Shown here one piece after another: positions 13,057-26,362 of a stretch of DNA of 64,000 nucleotides. The position numbers and the translations under genes are program-made. The first letter of the stretch is position 1. Each line of letters begins with the position of its first letter. The notes below the pieces were generated by a model. It was not told where the DNA came from, did no database searches, and saw nothing but the letters and a program-made list of their open reading frames with translations. Source of the DNA: Octopus vulgaris (lineage: Eukaryota); contig OX597822.1 of NCBI GenBank assembly GCA_951406725.2, forward strand, positions 71,734,001-71,798,000, written 5' to 3'.

Positions 13057-14629
13057 CATACATACATACGTATGTTTGTGTGTGTGTGTGTGTGAGTGTG
13101 CATATGTGTGTACATATATATATATGTATGTATGTATGTATATATATGCACACACATAAACACATACATGTATGTATGTGTTTATGTGTGTGTGTGTGTG
13201 TGTCTGTCTGTCTGTCTGTCCTCCCTGCCATCACTTGACAACCAATGCTGGTGTGTTTGTGTCCCTTTAACTTAATGATTTGGCAAAAGAGACTGATAAA
13301 ATAAGCACTAGGCTTACAAAGAATGAGTCCTGGTGTTGATTTCTTTGGCTAATACCTTTTAATGCAGTGCTCCAGCATGGCTGCAGTCAAATGACTGAAA
13401 CAAGTAAAAGAATAAAAGAATAAAAGATTAAAAGAATATACGTGTACGAGATATTCCCTTGTTGTGACTTAGAGTTTTGTGTCACTGTCAATCATGCACA
13501 AGAAGCAACAAAGCAGTATTGTGACTTCTGTTTGATATCTGCTCAGATTTTAATAAATTATTATTCTCTGCTATATGTATTGAAAAGCTTTTTTCTCATG
13601 GTTGTAAACAGAAAACACATATACTGTGAACTTCGATTTAATGAACTGATAATGGGGAAGGTTTGTCCATTACTGCCAAAATTCCATTAAATTTTATATT
13701 AATAATCATAAAAAAAATTCGCCTACAGGCCATTTTTATTGTTATTAATATAAAAAAAAAATGCTTTAATATAAAATGTTCTCCTGTACAGTATAAAATT
13801 ATTAAATTATAATAAAGAATTTGTCTATGACCACACTTTACACCAAAAGTGAATCTTTATCAAAGAGTATGTTTTGCTGTTTCTTGACACAATTGACAGC
13901 TGACCTAGACAAGATTTAAATTAGCACAGACTATAGGTGTAGCATATTACATGAACATTATAGGCTAAGGTATGCTGGTGTTATCAAGAAGCAAGGTTTG
14001 TAACCATGTGGTTTTGAGTTCAGTCCCACTGTGAAGCACCTTAGGCAAATGTCTTCTACTAGAACCTTATGCTAACTCTGGGCTTTCTGACATCATTAAC
14101 TGATTGTAAATGTTCCTTTTATAAAAGTGATCCAAGATGGCAAGCTTGAAAGCGAATTCGTCATCAGCAATGTTTGAACTCAGGATGTAACGAGTCAGAA
14201 AAAATAGTCTTGAAAAAAGTTCTTCAAAGCGGTGCTGCCACATGGTCGCAATCCAATTACCGAAATGAGCAAAAGATGAAAAGATTAAAAAAAAAATTGT
14301 CTAAAATTATGGAAACTGAGGTAACAAGATCAAAGACGTAGGAATGAACCAAAACTTTCTCCACCTCAAAAAGTTTTCCCAACATTTTATCAGTATAACC
14401 ATAACCTAAACTCTCAAAAATGAATTGTTGCAAAACTTTATTAAAAAATATGCACTTTCTAAAGAAGATATGAGGAAACAAAATTGGAGAGGGTAAAACT
14501 GTAGGTGGGCTTATCTGTATATTATATATATCGTTAATCCAAACATGAAAACAAAGAAAACACAACAACGCGAGGATGTGGAACAAATATAGTATTATTG
14601 GACACTCAGGAAGGAAGGGAAGAAGGAGG

Positions 14630-14664
14630 GTTTTACGTTTTGAGCGGAGCTCTTCGTCAGAAAC
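14630..14664 (-). ncRNA. Minimal type I hammerhead ribozyme (G12>A, probably inactive) in a ~210 bp element (14533-14742)
   Basis: Minus strand GTTT CTGACGA A GAGC TCC GCTC AAAAC GT A AAAC; stems I and II pair perfectly. Confidence 0.75.
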
Positions 14665-14769
14665 ATAGGAAAAGGAAAGATCCAGAGAAGGGAAGATGGA
14701 GGAAAAAAAATCGCCAACGGTTCACACGCGGTCACATTTTGATATTATATATATCTGTCTATAAATTAG

Positions 14770-15475
14770 GTGATGAAGCATGACTGTCAAATATTGGGCC
14801 TCACAGAGGTAATGACAAGCAACTGAGACCTTTAGAGATATGCTGTGCTTGAGACAGCCTGGCAAGCCAAGTGAGATCGTAGCCGTGGCCTATGCCAGTG
14901 TTGCATAACTGGCCCATTTAAGAGTACCCTTCAATCACTGGAAACTATGCTGTGCTTGAGGAGACATGTTGAGTCAAGTGAAATCATTGTTGTGGCTGAT
15001 ACTAGTACCACCTGACTGGCTCCTGTGCTGGAGGCATGTAAAAAGCACCATACAAGCGTGGTTGATGCCGGTGCCGCCTGACTGGTCCCATGCTGCTGAC
15101 ATGTAAAAAACACCATATGAGTGTGGTCGATGCTGGTACCACCTGACTGGTCCCATGCTGGTGGCATGTAAAAAGCACCATATGAATGTGGTCAATGCCA
15201 GTGCTACCTGACTGGTCCCATGCCGGTGACATGTAAAAAGCACCATTCAAGCATGGTCGTTGCCAGTGTCATCTGACTGGCTCCTGTGTTGGTGGCACGT
15301 AAAAAGCACCCACTACATTCTCGGAGTGGTTGGCATTAGGAAGGGCATCCAGATGTAGAAAATTTGCCAGATCAGATTGGAGCCTGGTGCAGCTTCCTGG
15401 CTTGCCAGTCCTCTGTTAAACCTTCAAACCCATGCCAGCATGGAAAAGCGGGCGTTAAACGATGATGATGATGAT
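14770..15475 (+). mobile_element. RTE LINE 3' end with five ~65 bp tandem units
   Basis: ORF remnant VMKHDCQILGLTEVMTSN; CAYGTAAAAA recurs at 15035, 15100, 15165, 15230 and 15296; GAT tail. Confidence 0.75.
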
Positions 15476-15494
15476 ATACATGGATACCTATATA

Positions 15495-15890
15495 TTCTTT
15501 TATTTTTTTTACTCCTTTCAGTCATTTGACTGTGGCCATGGTGGAGCACTGCCTTTAGTTGAACAAATCGACTCCAGGACTTATTCTTTGTAAGCCTAGT
15601 GCTTATTCTATTGGTCTCCTTTGCCCAACCTCAAGGTTACAGGGACGTAAACACACCAACATCAGTTGTCAAATGATGGTAGGGGGATAAACACAGACAC
15701 ACACACACACACACACATACATACATACATACATATATGAGTTCCTTTCAGTTTCCATCTACCAAATCCACATACAAAGTTTTGGTCAGCCCAAGGCTAT
15801 AGAAGAAGACACTTACCCAAGGTGCCACGTAGTAGGACTGAACCTGGAACCATGTGGTTAAGAAGCAAGCTTCTTACTACACAGCCACAC
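15495..15890 (-). mobile_element. SINE family A
   Basis: Reverse complement of the family A consensus. Confidence 0.8.
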
Positions 15891-15909
15891 GTGTGTGTGT
15901 GTGTACATA

Positions 15910-16275
15910 TATGTAAAAAACACCATTCGAGCGTGATCGTTACCTGCGCCTCCTTACTGGCACTTGTGCTGGTGGCACGTGAAAAAACATTCGAGTGAAG
16001 TCGTTGCCAGGACCGCTGGACTGGCTCCTGTGCAGGTGGCACATTAAAAGCACCATTTGAGCATGGTCGTTGCCAGTACTGCCTGAGTGGCCCTCGTGCC
16101 GGTGACACGTAAAAGCACCCACTATACTCTTGGAGTGGTTGGCGTTAGGAAGGGCATCCAGCTGTAGAAACTCTGCCAGATCAGACTGAAGTCTGGTGCA
16201 GCCATCTGGTTCGCCAGACCTTAGTCAAATCGTCCAACCCATGCTAGCATGGAAAGCGGGCGTTAAACGATGATA
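15910..16275 (+). mobile_element. RTE 3' UTR fragment
   Basis: Same tail family. Confidence 0.75.
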
Positions 16276-16419
16276 TATATATATATATATGCACTCACAC
16301 ACATATATATGTAAGTATGTATATTACACACACACACACATGCTTTTGTATACATTTGTATTTGTGTGTGTACTGTGTTTCAGTCCATCTAAATTGATGC
16401 ATTTCATGTATTAAACACC

Positions 16420-16520
16420 GGTATTATAAAGAAACGCGAACAGGAACCAGACGAATATACATCTCTTTTGATCCTCCATACATCTATTTATAAGTCACCC
16501 ACGTGGCTTCAGTTACATGA
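16420..16520 (+). promoter_or_regulatory. Candidate GSTZ1 core promoter
   Basis: TATAAA at 16425, TATTTATAA at 16485, E-box CACGTG at 16500 and Inr-like TCAGTT at 16509, in CpG-retaining sequence. Confidence 0.4.
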
Positions 16521-16639
16521 CTTTTTGGTGGAGTAACGAAATCACCACATCGAGCTTAACTTGTCCTGGTTTCCTCATTTTCGTTATCGAATATTAATAT
16601 TAAGTGACTGTTCGCTAGCAATTTTCCTTTCGTATAAAA

Positions 16640-17263
16640 ATGACCACAATATTGTATTCGTACTGGCGCAGTTCGTGCTCCTGGCGTGTGAGGACTGCGT
16701 TGGCTCTGAAGAATATCCCTTACGAATATAAAGCTGTTCACCTTGTGAAAGATGGTGGGCAGCAACATAGTGATGAGTTCAAAAAAATGAATCCGATGGA
16801 ACAAGTACCAGCTTTGGTGATCGACGGAATAACACTAACCCAATCGATGGCAATTATGGAATACCTAAATGACACCAGACCCGAACCTGCACTGCTCCCT
16901 AAATGTCCTGCTAAGAAAGCTGTTGTCCGCGAGATCTGTGAATGCATTGTATCGGGTATCCAACCGCTACAGAATGTGGGCGCTCTTCAGAAACTCGGTG
17001 ACAAAAAGATGGAATGGTCCCTCTACTGGATCGAGAAAGGCTTTCATGCCCTCGAGAATCTGCTAAAACAGTCTGCTGGTAAATACTGCGTAGGTGATGA
17101 AATTACTATGGCCGATTTATGCTTAGTACCGCAGGTTTACAATGCTGAACGTTACAATGTAAACATGGAGTCTTTTCCCATGATAAGTCGTATCAACAAG
17201 GATCTGTTGCAACTGGAAGCTTTCAAAATAAGTCACCCTTCCAACCAGATCGATAAAGAATGA
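16640..17263 (+). CDS. GSTZ1: Glutathione S-transferase zeta / maleylacetoacetate isomerase, intronless, 207 aa
   Basis: Zeta signature LYSYWRSSCSWRVR, plus NPMEQVPAL, LTQSMAIMEYL, SGIQPLQN, YCVGDEITMADLCLVPQVYNAER and HPSNQ. The ORF is uninterrupted and has an AAAATG start context. Confidence 0.97.
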   Translation: MTTILYSYWRSSCSWRVRTALALKNIPYEYKAVHLVKDGGQQHSDEFKKMNPMEQVPALVIDGITLTQSMAIMEYLNDTRPEPALLPKCPAKKAVVREICECIVSGIQPLQNVGALQKLGDKKMEWSLYWIEKGFHALENLLKQSAGKYCVGDEITMADLCLVPQVYNAERYNVNMESFPMISRINKDLLQLEAFKISHPSNQIDKE

Positions 17264-20200
17264 GGATGTTACTGCTGTGAAATTTCGGCCACCCTTTCCT
17301 CCTGCATGTCTGGTCCTTGTTCCAGTGCAAAATACTTAATCTTTCTCTAGAACTGTTTTACTTCACTAAAAGTTTTCTTAATCGTAATATATTTTTCTCC
17401 TTTATTTATTTTCTTTGTTATATTTGCATTTCTACATGTCTATGTGTCTTTTTTAAAACTTCGATTCACTTTGTTTTTTTCCCCCATTTAAACATAACTC
17501 GCCGCACGCACTTTTTATTTATCTCGTAAATCAAGTTACATTTAACACTAGTTCACTTCCTCTCACACCTTACTCTACACTTTATATAAATCTATGTAAA
17601 CACAAATTTCCACATCCTGGTCATTTTTATGTTTAATGTGCTGCTTTCACTTTGTCAAACTATTTGCCTTGTTTGACGGTTTAATTATTTTAGCCTTGAT
17701 TACTCTACTGCAGCCAGCTTGTTTGGAATATTTTTGTTGCAATTAAGAATTAATTTTGTTATTTTTGTTGTTCATTTGTGTACCATTTATTGTGTAAAAC
17801 ATGGAGTTGTGATTGTATCAGATTATTTATAAGTTAAGATCTAAAATGAGTATTCGGAATTTTGACTGCTATTTCTAGCAAGTCTCTGATATTAAATTTG
17901 TAAATCGACTCGCTTAGGGGCCCCGTTTACAGGTAAACTAATGTATATTATTCAGTTGATATTTTTATTGATATCAAATAGAGAAAAATCAATTCCACTC
18001 AAATACTTTTATTATTAAAAAATTAGCAACAAATAGTTGTAAAAACTTTTCGTTTTTTTTTTTAAGCCAAAAAACATACCGTTTTCACTTAAATTAGTTT
18101 TCTTTTTAGTTTCGGGAGTTTTAGCCTTCTTTTCAGTTTTTTAAATGAAAAATTGTAAAAATAAGTTTTAAATAATCAAGTAGTAATAACTTCGAACATG
18201 TAATAAATATGTTTTGCATGGAGAATGCCCGGCGCTCGACCACAAAACAAATCTGTTACTGCAAATCAAAGTACTTTTATGTTACGAAGCCAGCAAATCT
18301 ACGAAACAAATTAACAGTTTATCCGAGACAAACTGAAAGTTAAAAGGTTGGAGGGAAATGCCAACAAAAGTTGGTGGAATTTTGGAATAACTGTCTCTAG
18401 AGGTTCAGTACCTCACGAAGAAAGGGGGGAAAAAAAGTTCTTTTGGCATACCAACACAAATGTGCCCTCGCCTATAATTCTCGGATAAATTGATATTTTT
18501 TTTTATTGAACTTTTCTACAAATAGAAACTTATTGCAGATGATGTAGATTCCAATTATGTCGGAATTTAAAGTGGAAAAAAAAAAAATTCAGGGTGAGGA
18601 GAGAAGTTTTGGATAATTCACACAAGTCGATTTTATTTCCTTATAACTTTCAGAAAAATGGGTATATTTTCCTCATCCTCTTCCTTACGATTTTTCTTTC
18701 CCATAAGATACGGGACTTCAAAGGACAACTATTTTAAAATACCACACAAAATTGTAAGAGAAGTTACTGGTGAAAAATCGGGCGAGTTTCGGATCGGAAT
18801 CTATGGATTTGGATCCGTTGGAAAATGAAGTCTGCACTTATTCCTAAATTGCCAAATAAGCTGGCCTTTTGTGTGACCTCTAAATTGTCTCCACTCAACA
18901 ATAATACTACAGAAATACAAAATAGTGCGGCGAGTAATGTCTGATAAAAGTCGAGATGGTTACGACAGGAACATCTTGATCATTGGTCTATTTTTATTAA
19001 GGTTGATTTGTAACTAAATAAAAACACACAAAGTTACAACGTTGATTTTTATAGGCACAAAGAGTCTCAAATCTTTGGCGATGCATGTAATTGATAAAAT
19101 AACTTTGTACCTATTTGACCGACGTCACCGAAGAGTAAAAGGCTAAGTTCACCTTGGTGGGGTTAAGAACACTAGGATAAATGAAGCTATCCCCTATTCC
19201 CATCGTGCAGGCGCGAAGACATATTTGTAGTTGACTGACGGTACTTTAGAATTGTTCCAACCTAGAAAGTTGTCGCAAGTTTAAAAAAATTACTCCACAC
19301 TCACACACATATATATTTGTATGCTATCCATAATCAAGTTATATTTTAAACGGTCCTCCCTCTATTTGTTTATATGTTTATATATATATATATATATATA
19401 TATATGTTCTTGGACATAAACAGATGTGCACTTGGAATTTATCAATAACTGAATTGAGTTGCATCTTGCGCACTTTTAACACGTCTTTCTGTGTATATTT
19501 ATTTCGTCTGCTCCTATCCGAAATTGACTTATTCGCACTTGTTTGTTCTGTAATAACCAAACATTCATCTGTTACAATCACCTATCTGTCGATGCCTATA
19601 ATAACATCTATCCTTCTGGACTTGTTTAATGATTGAATCTCTTAACAATAACAAAACGTACAACTTTTATTGTCATTCGGCATATCGAAACATTCTGATC
19701 TGTTTGTTTTCACTCCAGTTAATACACACGAGAAATGCATGGAAAACTTATCCATTTTTATTATTCCTTCGTAGTTTAACATCAAAAGAAATATTGATGT
19801 AGAAAACTACTAAAACGATAAAGTGGAGGATTAAATATATTAAGATTATTAAATTTTGTTCATCTAAGTCCTGTGTTCAAATCCATTTGCAGTCGATAAG
19901 TAATAATATTCTTTCGACCAGCGATATCACTTGATGAATAAAGAGACTCGGATGATAATTTCCCATCTCTAACTAGGTGCAACCCCCACCAACATTGTTT
20001 TATGTAAGAAGAAACAGATATTGCTATTCGCTGCAACTTCAGAAGTGGGTTCAAACAGTGGAACATATAGCTATGCTTTGATGCCTCATATTTCTGCGTT
20101 CAAATCAGATCTTTTGATTTTTGCTTGTGATTAACTAACTACATGCATACGTGTGTGTGTGTGTGTGTATTATAGAGAAAGAGAAAGAGTATTGATTCGT

Positions 20201-22949
20201 TCCTTGTATGCATGCAAGTGCCTATCGATTTATAGACACTAGAATGGTCATGACGCCAAATTGTATAAAGAGCCGGCTAGTTCGGTACTTCACTGTTTTG
20301 ATTTCAAATTCCTTAGAGGTTTAACTTAGCTTTTCATCCAACCAAGATCGATAAAACAAACAGCTGTATCAATATCGAATCAATTTAATCAACTCAACTC
20401 TATTCGCTCCTTACAGAAAACGGTAATGTGCTCTGGCGCGCACATCATATTTATTTGGTATTTGATATTTTCTTCCAGCTTCGGCTTGACTCCATTGGAC
20501 TGTAAGGGACAGTTTTACCGCATTCATTCTTTTTTTTTTCTATCTCTCCACTCCACAGTATTTTGACAACTTTTCTACAAATGCTATTAAAAATTTAGAT
20601 TCATCACACATAACTGAAAAACAATAACTGGATGACCAGCCGTTGTAATGCTTATCGAATGCTGTGTCTGATTTGCAAAACTGACTTACGTCGCGCCAAC
20701 AAGTACGCTAATTAATTACTATAACCCTAGTTTTCTATCTCAGATTTTTTACTACATCCTTCTGTATTGGCTTTTTTCTCGATGACAATTAATGTATCGT
20801 AGCTCTGATCGAGCTGTAACCATCTCTTTTGTATATAAAGTAGTATAATAACATTTTAAAAAGATGATTACGTATAACTTGTATATTTGGCTGCTATTTC
20901 TAGCAGATCGCTTTACTTCGTAGACAGGCCCTCTCATTGGCTCGCCCTTATCATTGTTTTGACGGCAATAATTTTATCTGCTAGAAGTAAGGTTAAGGTA
21001 GAACATAAGTTCTGAATAAACTGAAGTTTGCAGTCTATTTTTTGAATCTCGGAGCCGTTTTACTCGAGTTGTTAATACCCTATTTATTGCTAATTATTTT
21101 ACATCGGAGTTTATGAACATCGTTAAATACAATTTTTCAATAGCTGAATTTTTTTTTTCTGAAGGCCTGTGACGGCGAAAGTAGTTAACATTTCGCATAA
21201 CTGTAGTTTGGTGCCCCCTCTTCGAATTTTGTTTCTTCATAACTTTCTTAATAATACATTTTTTTTTTAATGTACTTTTGCAGAGATTCGTTTTTCAAAG
21301 GTGTAAATGACGGTTATGGTGATGTTTTTTTTTTTTTTCAATCAATTTCTTTTTATCAGAAGGAAAGTTTATTTATGTTTTTGACCGTTCGATTATGACC
21401 TTGTCTTATGTGATATTGTATCAACATGAAATTGGACCACATGTTGAAAAAATATCTGAAAAAGCCGTCTCCCTCGCATACAGATAATAAGGAGCAGCAC
21501 GTTTTAGTAAAACTAAACATTTTAGACTATACTAATTGCTTTCTTTCAAGGAACCTCGTTCATAAAGCACCGTTTTTTTTTTTTTTTTTTGGTTTTCTCA
21601 CCCACGATGTTAGCCGATGTTTATACACAACGATGAAAGATATTGCACATATTTCATTAATTAATCTGTGTGTGTGTGTGTGTAAAATTCCTCGCATTCC
21701 CATAGACTCGAGTTGGAAATTATCCTGTGCGTCTGAAACCGCGAATTAACATCAGATGCTTTAAAAGTATTGTAGAATACCAATAAGCCAAAGAAAATGG
21801 TGAAGAGGTGTGTGAGGGAGGTGCCCCTCCCTTTTCGGCTTTTTTTTTTTTTTAAATTTTAGTTTTCTCTTGAACATTTTATTATTACCGATTTGCTTTA
21901 AACATCTGAGATTATTCTTCAAAAACCATGTTTAACTTAAACTCGAAAGATTTTTGCGAAAAAGGCAAAACTAAAAACGTAACTCATAAAGCGCTGGGAT
22001 TTGCACTTACATAGCATGGACTGCTAAGCACATTTTATGAAAATGAGACTACCATGCACACATAAAAAACAAAAAATAGTTAAAGTGTATTCTTAGAATA
22101 TAATGATGGCAAGTTTTACATCATCTGAAAAGTCATTAGTTGAACTATTAGTCCTCTTGCATTCTGGGGGGTTTCGGTGCGTTTGAGTGACATTAGACCC
22201 TAGCAAACACCCATAAATTAAATACATCTATCTGGGCCACCGTCGTGGCCTGACGGCTACGATCGTGGCCCGGTAAACCCCCCCCCCTCTTTAAAAAAAA
22301 TATTCTACGGTGCTTAAAATAATACAGGGAAATCCTTCAGTATTTGTACACGACGTCACACACAAAGCCTTCTCTCGCGTCATAGGTAAAGAAGCTAGGC
22401 TGAAAAAGAAGGTGAATGATATCTCTTCATACCGGCATTCTGTGGACCAATGTCGAAAGATCGCCAAATACACATAAGAAGAAATCACTGCTTTTTGCGC
22501 GCTAGATAAATCCCGATTTTATTCTGTAGAAATACCAAAGTCTTTATTGGTCAACCGAAGTTATGATAGAGAACAAGGATGCAAAAGCGCTGTGCAATAG
22601 AATCGAACCAGAGACCACTTAGGTGAGAAATCATGAGGCGAACTTCTTAACTACAGAGTCCAGTTTCCACGCTTTAAGACGATATTCCATGCGTAAAATT
22701 TTAGTATGGACGGAATGCTTAACTCTTTCCTCCCGCCTCTCTCGCTCTCGATATAATTTTAGAGAAACGGTATAAACACAGCAGACACTTATTTCACAGA
22801 TTACCTCTTAGGGAATACAAACAGCGAGGAAACCATCTTGTGGTTTGCTCGACCTGTTAGTAATAGTAGCTAAGATTCTTATCATCTTATAACAGGAAGG
22901 ATAAACTAGAAAAAAATCGTCCTAGTTATAAGAAAAAAGGCTTAGCGAC

Positions 22950-23100
22950 ATTTCGTTCAGTGTTCAAATTCCGCTGAGGTCGACTTTGCTTTTCATCCTA
23001 TCGGGGTCGATAAAATAAATACCAGTTGAGTATTGGAGTCGATTTAATCGGCTTATCCTTTCTCCCGAAATTGCTGGCCGTGTGACAAATTTGAAACCAT
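22950..23100 (+). mobile_element. SINE family B, 5' truncated
   Basis: Central domain match. Confidence 0.75.
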
Positions 23101-23539
23101 AAATTTTTGGAGGTGAGCTTTGTTATAAAACTTAACTAAACTTCGCCTTCATAATCTGTATGAGAACTCGTTTCGCATTTTTTCGTTGATATTACAAGTC
23201 TTACCCTAATGATAACCTTTCCGACTCAGGTGTAGACACGTGCGCTCAAAGACATTCCTACCATAACCGTTCTGTCTTTTATGTACATTTTAACTCTATC
23301 GTCCAGTGTGTCTTACCATTTGTTAGTGTGATAGAAGGGGTCGATTTGTCTGGTATTTCTAGCAGGTTGAGTTACCGTATAGAGGCTCATTCATTGGCTT
23401 GCAAACTCTTCATACATTTACCGTATTGGGTGTTAACCATGTGAGCATTAGCCGCATTGCTTCATATATTTGTATTTATTATCTGTAATGAAATGGCACA
23501 TGCTTGTATGCATACCATTTCTGTGTACGCCTGTGTTTG

Positions 23540-23573
<34 letters not shown>

Positions 23574-24124
23574 CAACTGCCACATTTGGCTGGCAAATAT
23601 ATTTTCACGATTCCGTGCTGCTACTGTTTACTTCTCGCTCAGAGATTTTTATATATATATAATGTGTGTGTGTTAAATTCAACTTACGTTGAAAGTCAGC
23701 TTCAGAAGTGTTGAGGGCTGGCCGCCGACAGATTTTCTGCAAAATATGGATAGTTTATCCTGTTCGTGATATATTATTAGCATTATCCTGCGTTTGAGAA
23801 TAAAATTATTTCCTTATCTGTGTGTGTGTGTATATATCGATGTATCAGTTTTCCTTTGGTTCCAAAGCCCTCTGGATTACTGATTTTTGTCTAATCACAC
23901 GCTTTGTTGATATTTAATGGAATACAAGTACCTGTACATTAATATAAATGATACAAGTTTATTAGTACTGTACTATGCAAAGTATAGTAAACTAGTCTGG
24001 CAGCAGCAGGAATTTTAAAGTTCCTCCTCGTAAATGAGTGCGGTTTATTAGAGGTTCCAGACCATCAGTGTTTAGAAAGTTTGTATTGTACCTGCGTGTA
24101 TATGTGTGGGTGTAATCATGAGTG

Positions 24125-24505
24125 GTCGCATTTCGTTCGTCTTTAGGTTCAGTGTTCAAATTTCGCTGAGTTCGACTTTGCTTTCCATCCTTTCGGAGTC
24201 GACAAAATAAATACCTATTTCTTTACTACCCACAAGGGGCTAAACACAGAGAGGACAGACAAACGGATTAAGTCGATTATATCGACCCCAGTGCGTAACT
24301 GGTACTTAATTTATCGACCCCGAAAGGATGAAAGGCAAAGTCGACCTCGGCGGAATTTGAACTCAGAACGTAACGGCAGGCGAAATACGGCTACGCATTT
24401 CGCCCGGCGTGCTAACGTTTCTGCCAGTTGAGTAGTGGGGGTCGATTTAATCGACTTATTCATTCTTCCGAAATTACTGACCTTGCGCCAAAAATTGAAA
24501 CCATT
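24125..24505. mobile_element. SINE B (+) containing a young antisense SINE B (about 24216-24427)
   Basis: The host is split at aataaatacc|agttgag; the insert is the reverse complement of the consensus with CpGs intact. Confidence 0.85.
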
Positions 24506-25292
24506 AAGTTTTGGAGGTGAGCTTTCATAAGCTGTATGAGAACTCGTTTCACTTTTTTTCCTTGTTATTTCAAATCTTGCATGAACATCACATACTCGCG
24601 TCTCATTTACACTAACCTAAGTCCACCTAGGGTTGTGTTTTCTTCTTTTTTCTGTGCATCAGACTGGCGGCAGCTTATCGTTAACAAAATCAAACTTTGC
24701 GGGGTTTTTAACGTAGGGGGAATAGCAGGAACGATGGAGTAATAATAGTATTCGTTCTTCGATTCTGTGTTCTGAATTCCAATCTGATTCGGTCGATTTT
24801 GTGTTGCATCCCTTCGGAGTTGACAAAATAAGTACCGATCATGTTCTGGGATCGATTGAATCCGATATAACTACCCATTCCCGAAAAAAAAAAAAACAAA
24901 GAAAAAGAAAGCAAAAATGTATGTGGCCCTTACATTAATAAGAGGAATCAATATTATGTATACACACGTCTGTATATCGTGTCTCTTGAATACTTTCAAA
25001 TGAAGTTTGTTTGCTTAGCGAATCTTTAACTGATCTACGCATTTATTGAATTTGTAAGACATCAAATCGCTTTTTATTGGAAAAAGAACAACAAAAACAT
25101 AATTTCTGAAACTATTAATGTAAATCTTTTCCGGTATCCCATAGTGTAGGCTCTGAAACAGAATTTTTTTTTTTTTTCAAATAATAAATAATTCAAATTT
25201 GGAAATGAAAGTTCTGATTCCTTTCCGTAATCGTGGCTGTTTACGCACACAAATAATCGTTTGACTGCTATCTCTAGCTGTTCGTGTGACTA

Positions 25293-25620
25293 CTCTTTAC
25301 TCTTTTACTTGTTTCAGTCATTTGACTGCGGCCATGCTGGAGCACCGCCTTTAGCCGAGCAAATCGACCCCAGGACTTATTCTTTGGAAGACTTGTACTT
25401 ATTTTATCGGTCTCTTTTGCCGAACCGCTAAGTTACGGGGACGTAAACACACCAGCATCGGTTGTCAAGCGATGTTGGGGGGACAAACACAGACAGGCAA
25501 ACATATACACACACATACATGTATATATATATACATATATACGACGGGCTTCTTTCAGTTTCCGTCTACCAAATCCACTCACAAGGCTTTGGTCAGCCCG
25601 AAGCTATAGTAGAGGACACT
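25293..25620 (-). mobile_element. SINE family A, 5' truncated
   Basis: Consensus match. Confidence 0.85.
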
Positions 25621-26006
25621 GGCTGGGATTATTTAGTTTCAGATCAACCCTGATCCTGCTGATTTACTATCAAAGGCATTCCACTCGTGACCACCTCGTC
25701 TTTTAATGTTCAAATTCTATTTAAAATATTTGTTTTTCAATATTTCTCTGTATTTTAACATTGCAGTGTTTGCATAGACGAGGTATATAGCTGCTATTTC
25801 TACTACATTATGTGACGGCAATACATAAACAAACATCCACAAATCTATCGTATTGCCAGATATTGTTGAGTTCCAGATAATATCCGATCTAACACCTCAA
25901 ATCGAAGGCATCATTGCGATCATTATAGTTTTCATCTTTCATACGTCCAATGCATTTTTCCCCTTCTTTTTACCAAAAATTGTGATAGCGTGTAGTATGA
26001 AGGACA

Positions 26007-26362
26007 TCTATATATATATAAACGGCAAAATGTCTGTCTGTGTGTGTATCCTTTATACAAATCCACAATTTTTCAGTTAGAGGGCTCGCACTTTCTATGG
26101 TCATTCAAAACCGTCCAAGGGTGGTCGTGCACATCTTTACATTTCCCCAGTCACCCCACAAAGCCATTAAAAAATCAATAGAAGTGACTTTTTTGTGAAT
26201 TTTCTATCAAAATGCCTGAAACTTGATACGCCAATTGAATGCCAGCTAGCTGTATGTGATTGGTCGGAGATTTGGACAGTACTCGCGTGTATGTGCGCAC
26301 GCACACAGCTGTATATGTATGCACTAGCACTATGACCCGGCAACGCCGGGTCATAGTGCTAG
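26007..26362 (+). mobile_element. Non-autonomous Helitron
   Basis: Starts a|TCTATATATA, ends CTAG|t, has a GC-rich 3' hairpin and no TSD. Confidence 0.85.

Noticed and set aside
14990-15312. CRISPR-like array
   Set aside because: The spacers are homologous to each other, it lies in a LINE 3' UTR, the DNA is eukaryotic and there are no cas genes.
17261-17350. Selenocysteine or readthrough at the GSTZ1 TGA, followed by Cys-rich codons
   Set aside because: The protein is already full length for the zeta class and I could not identify a SECIS.
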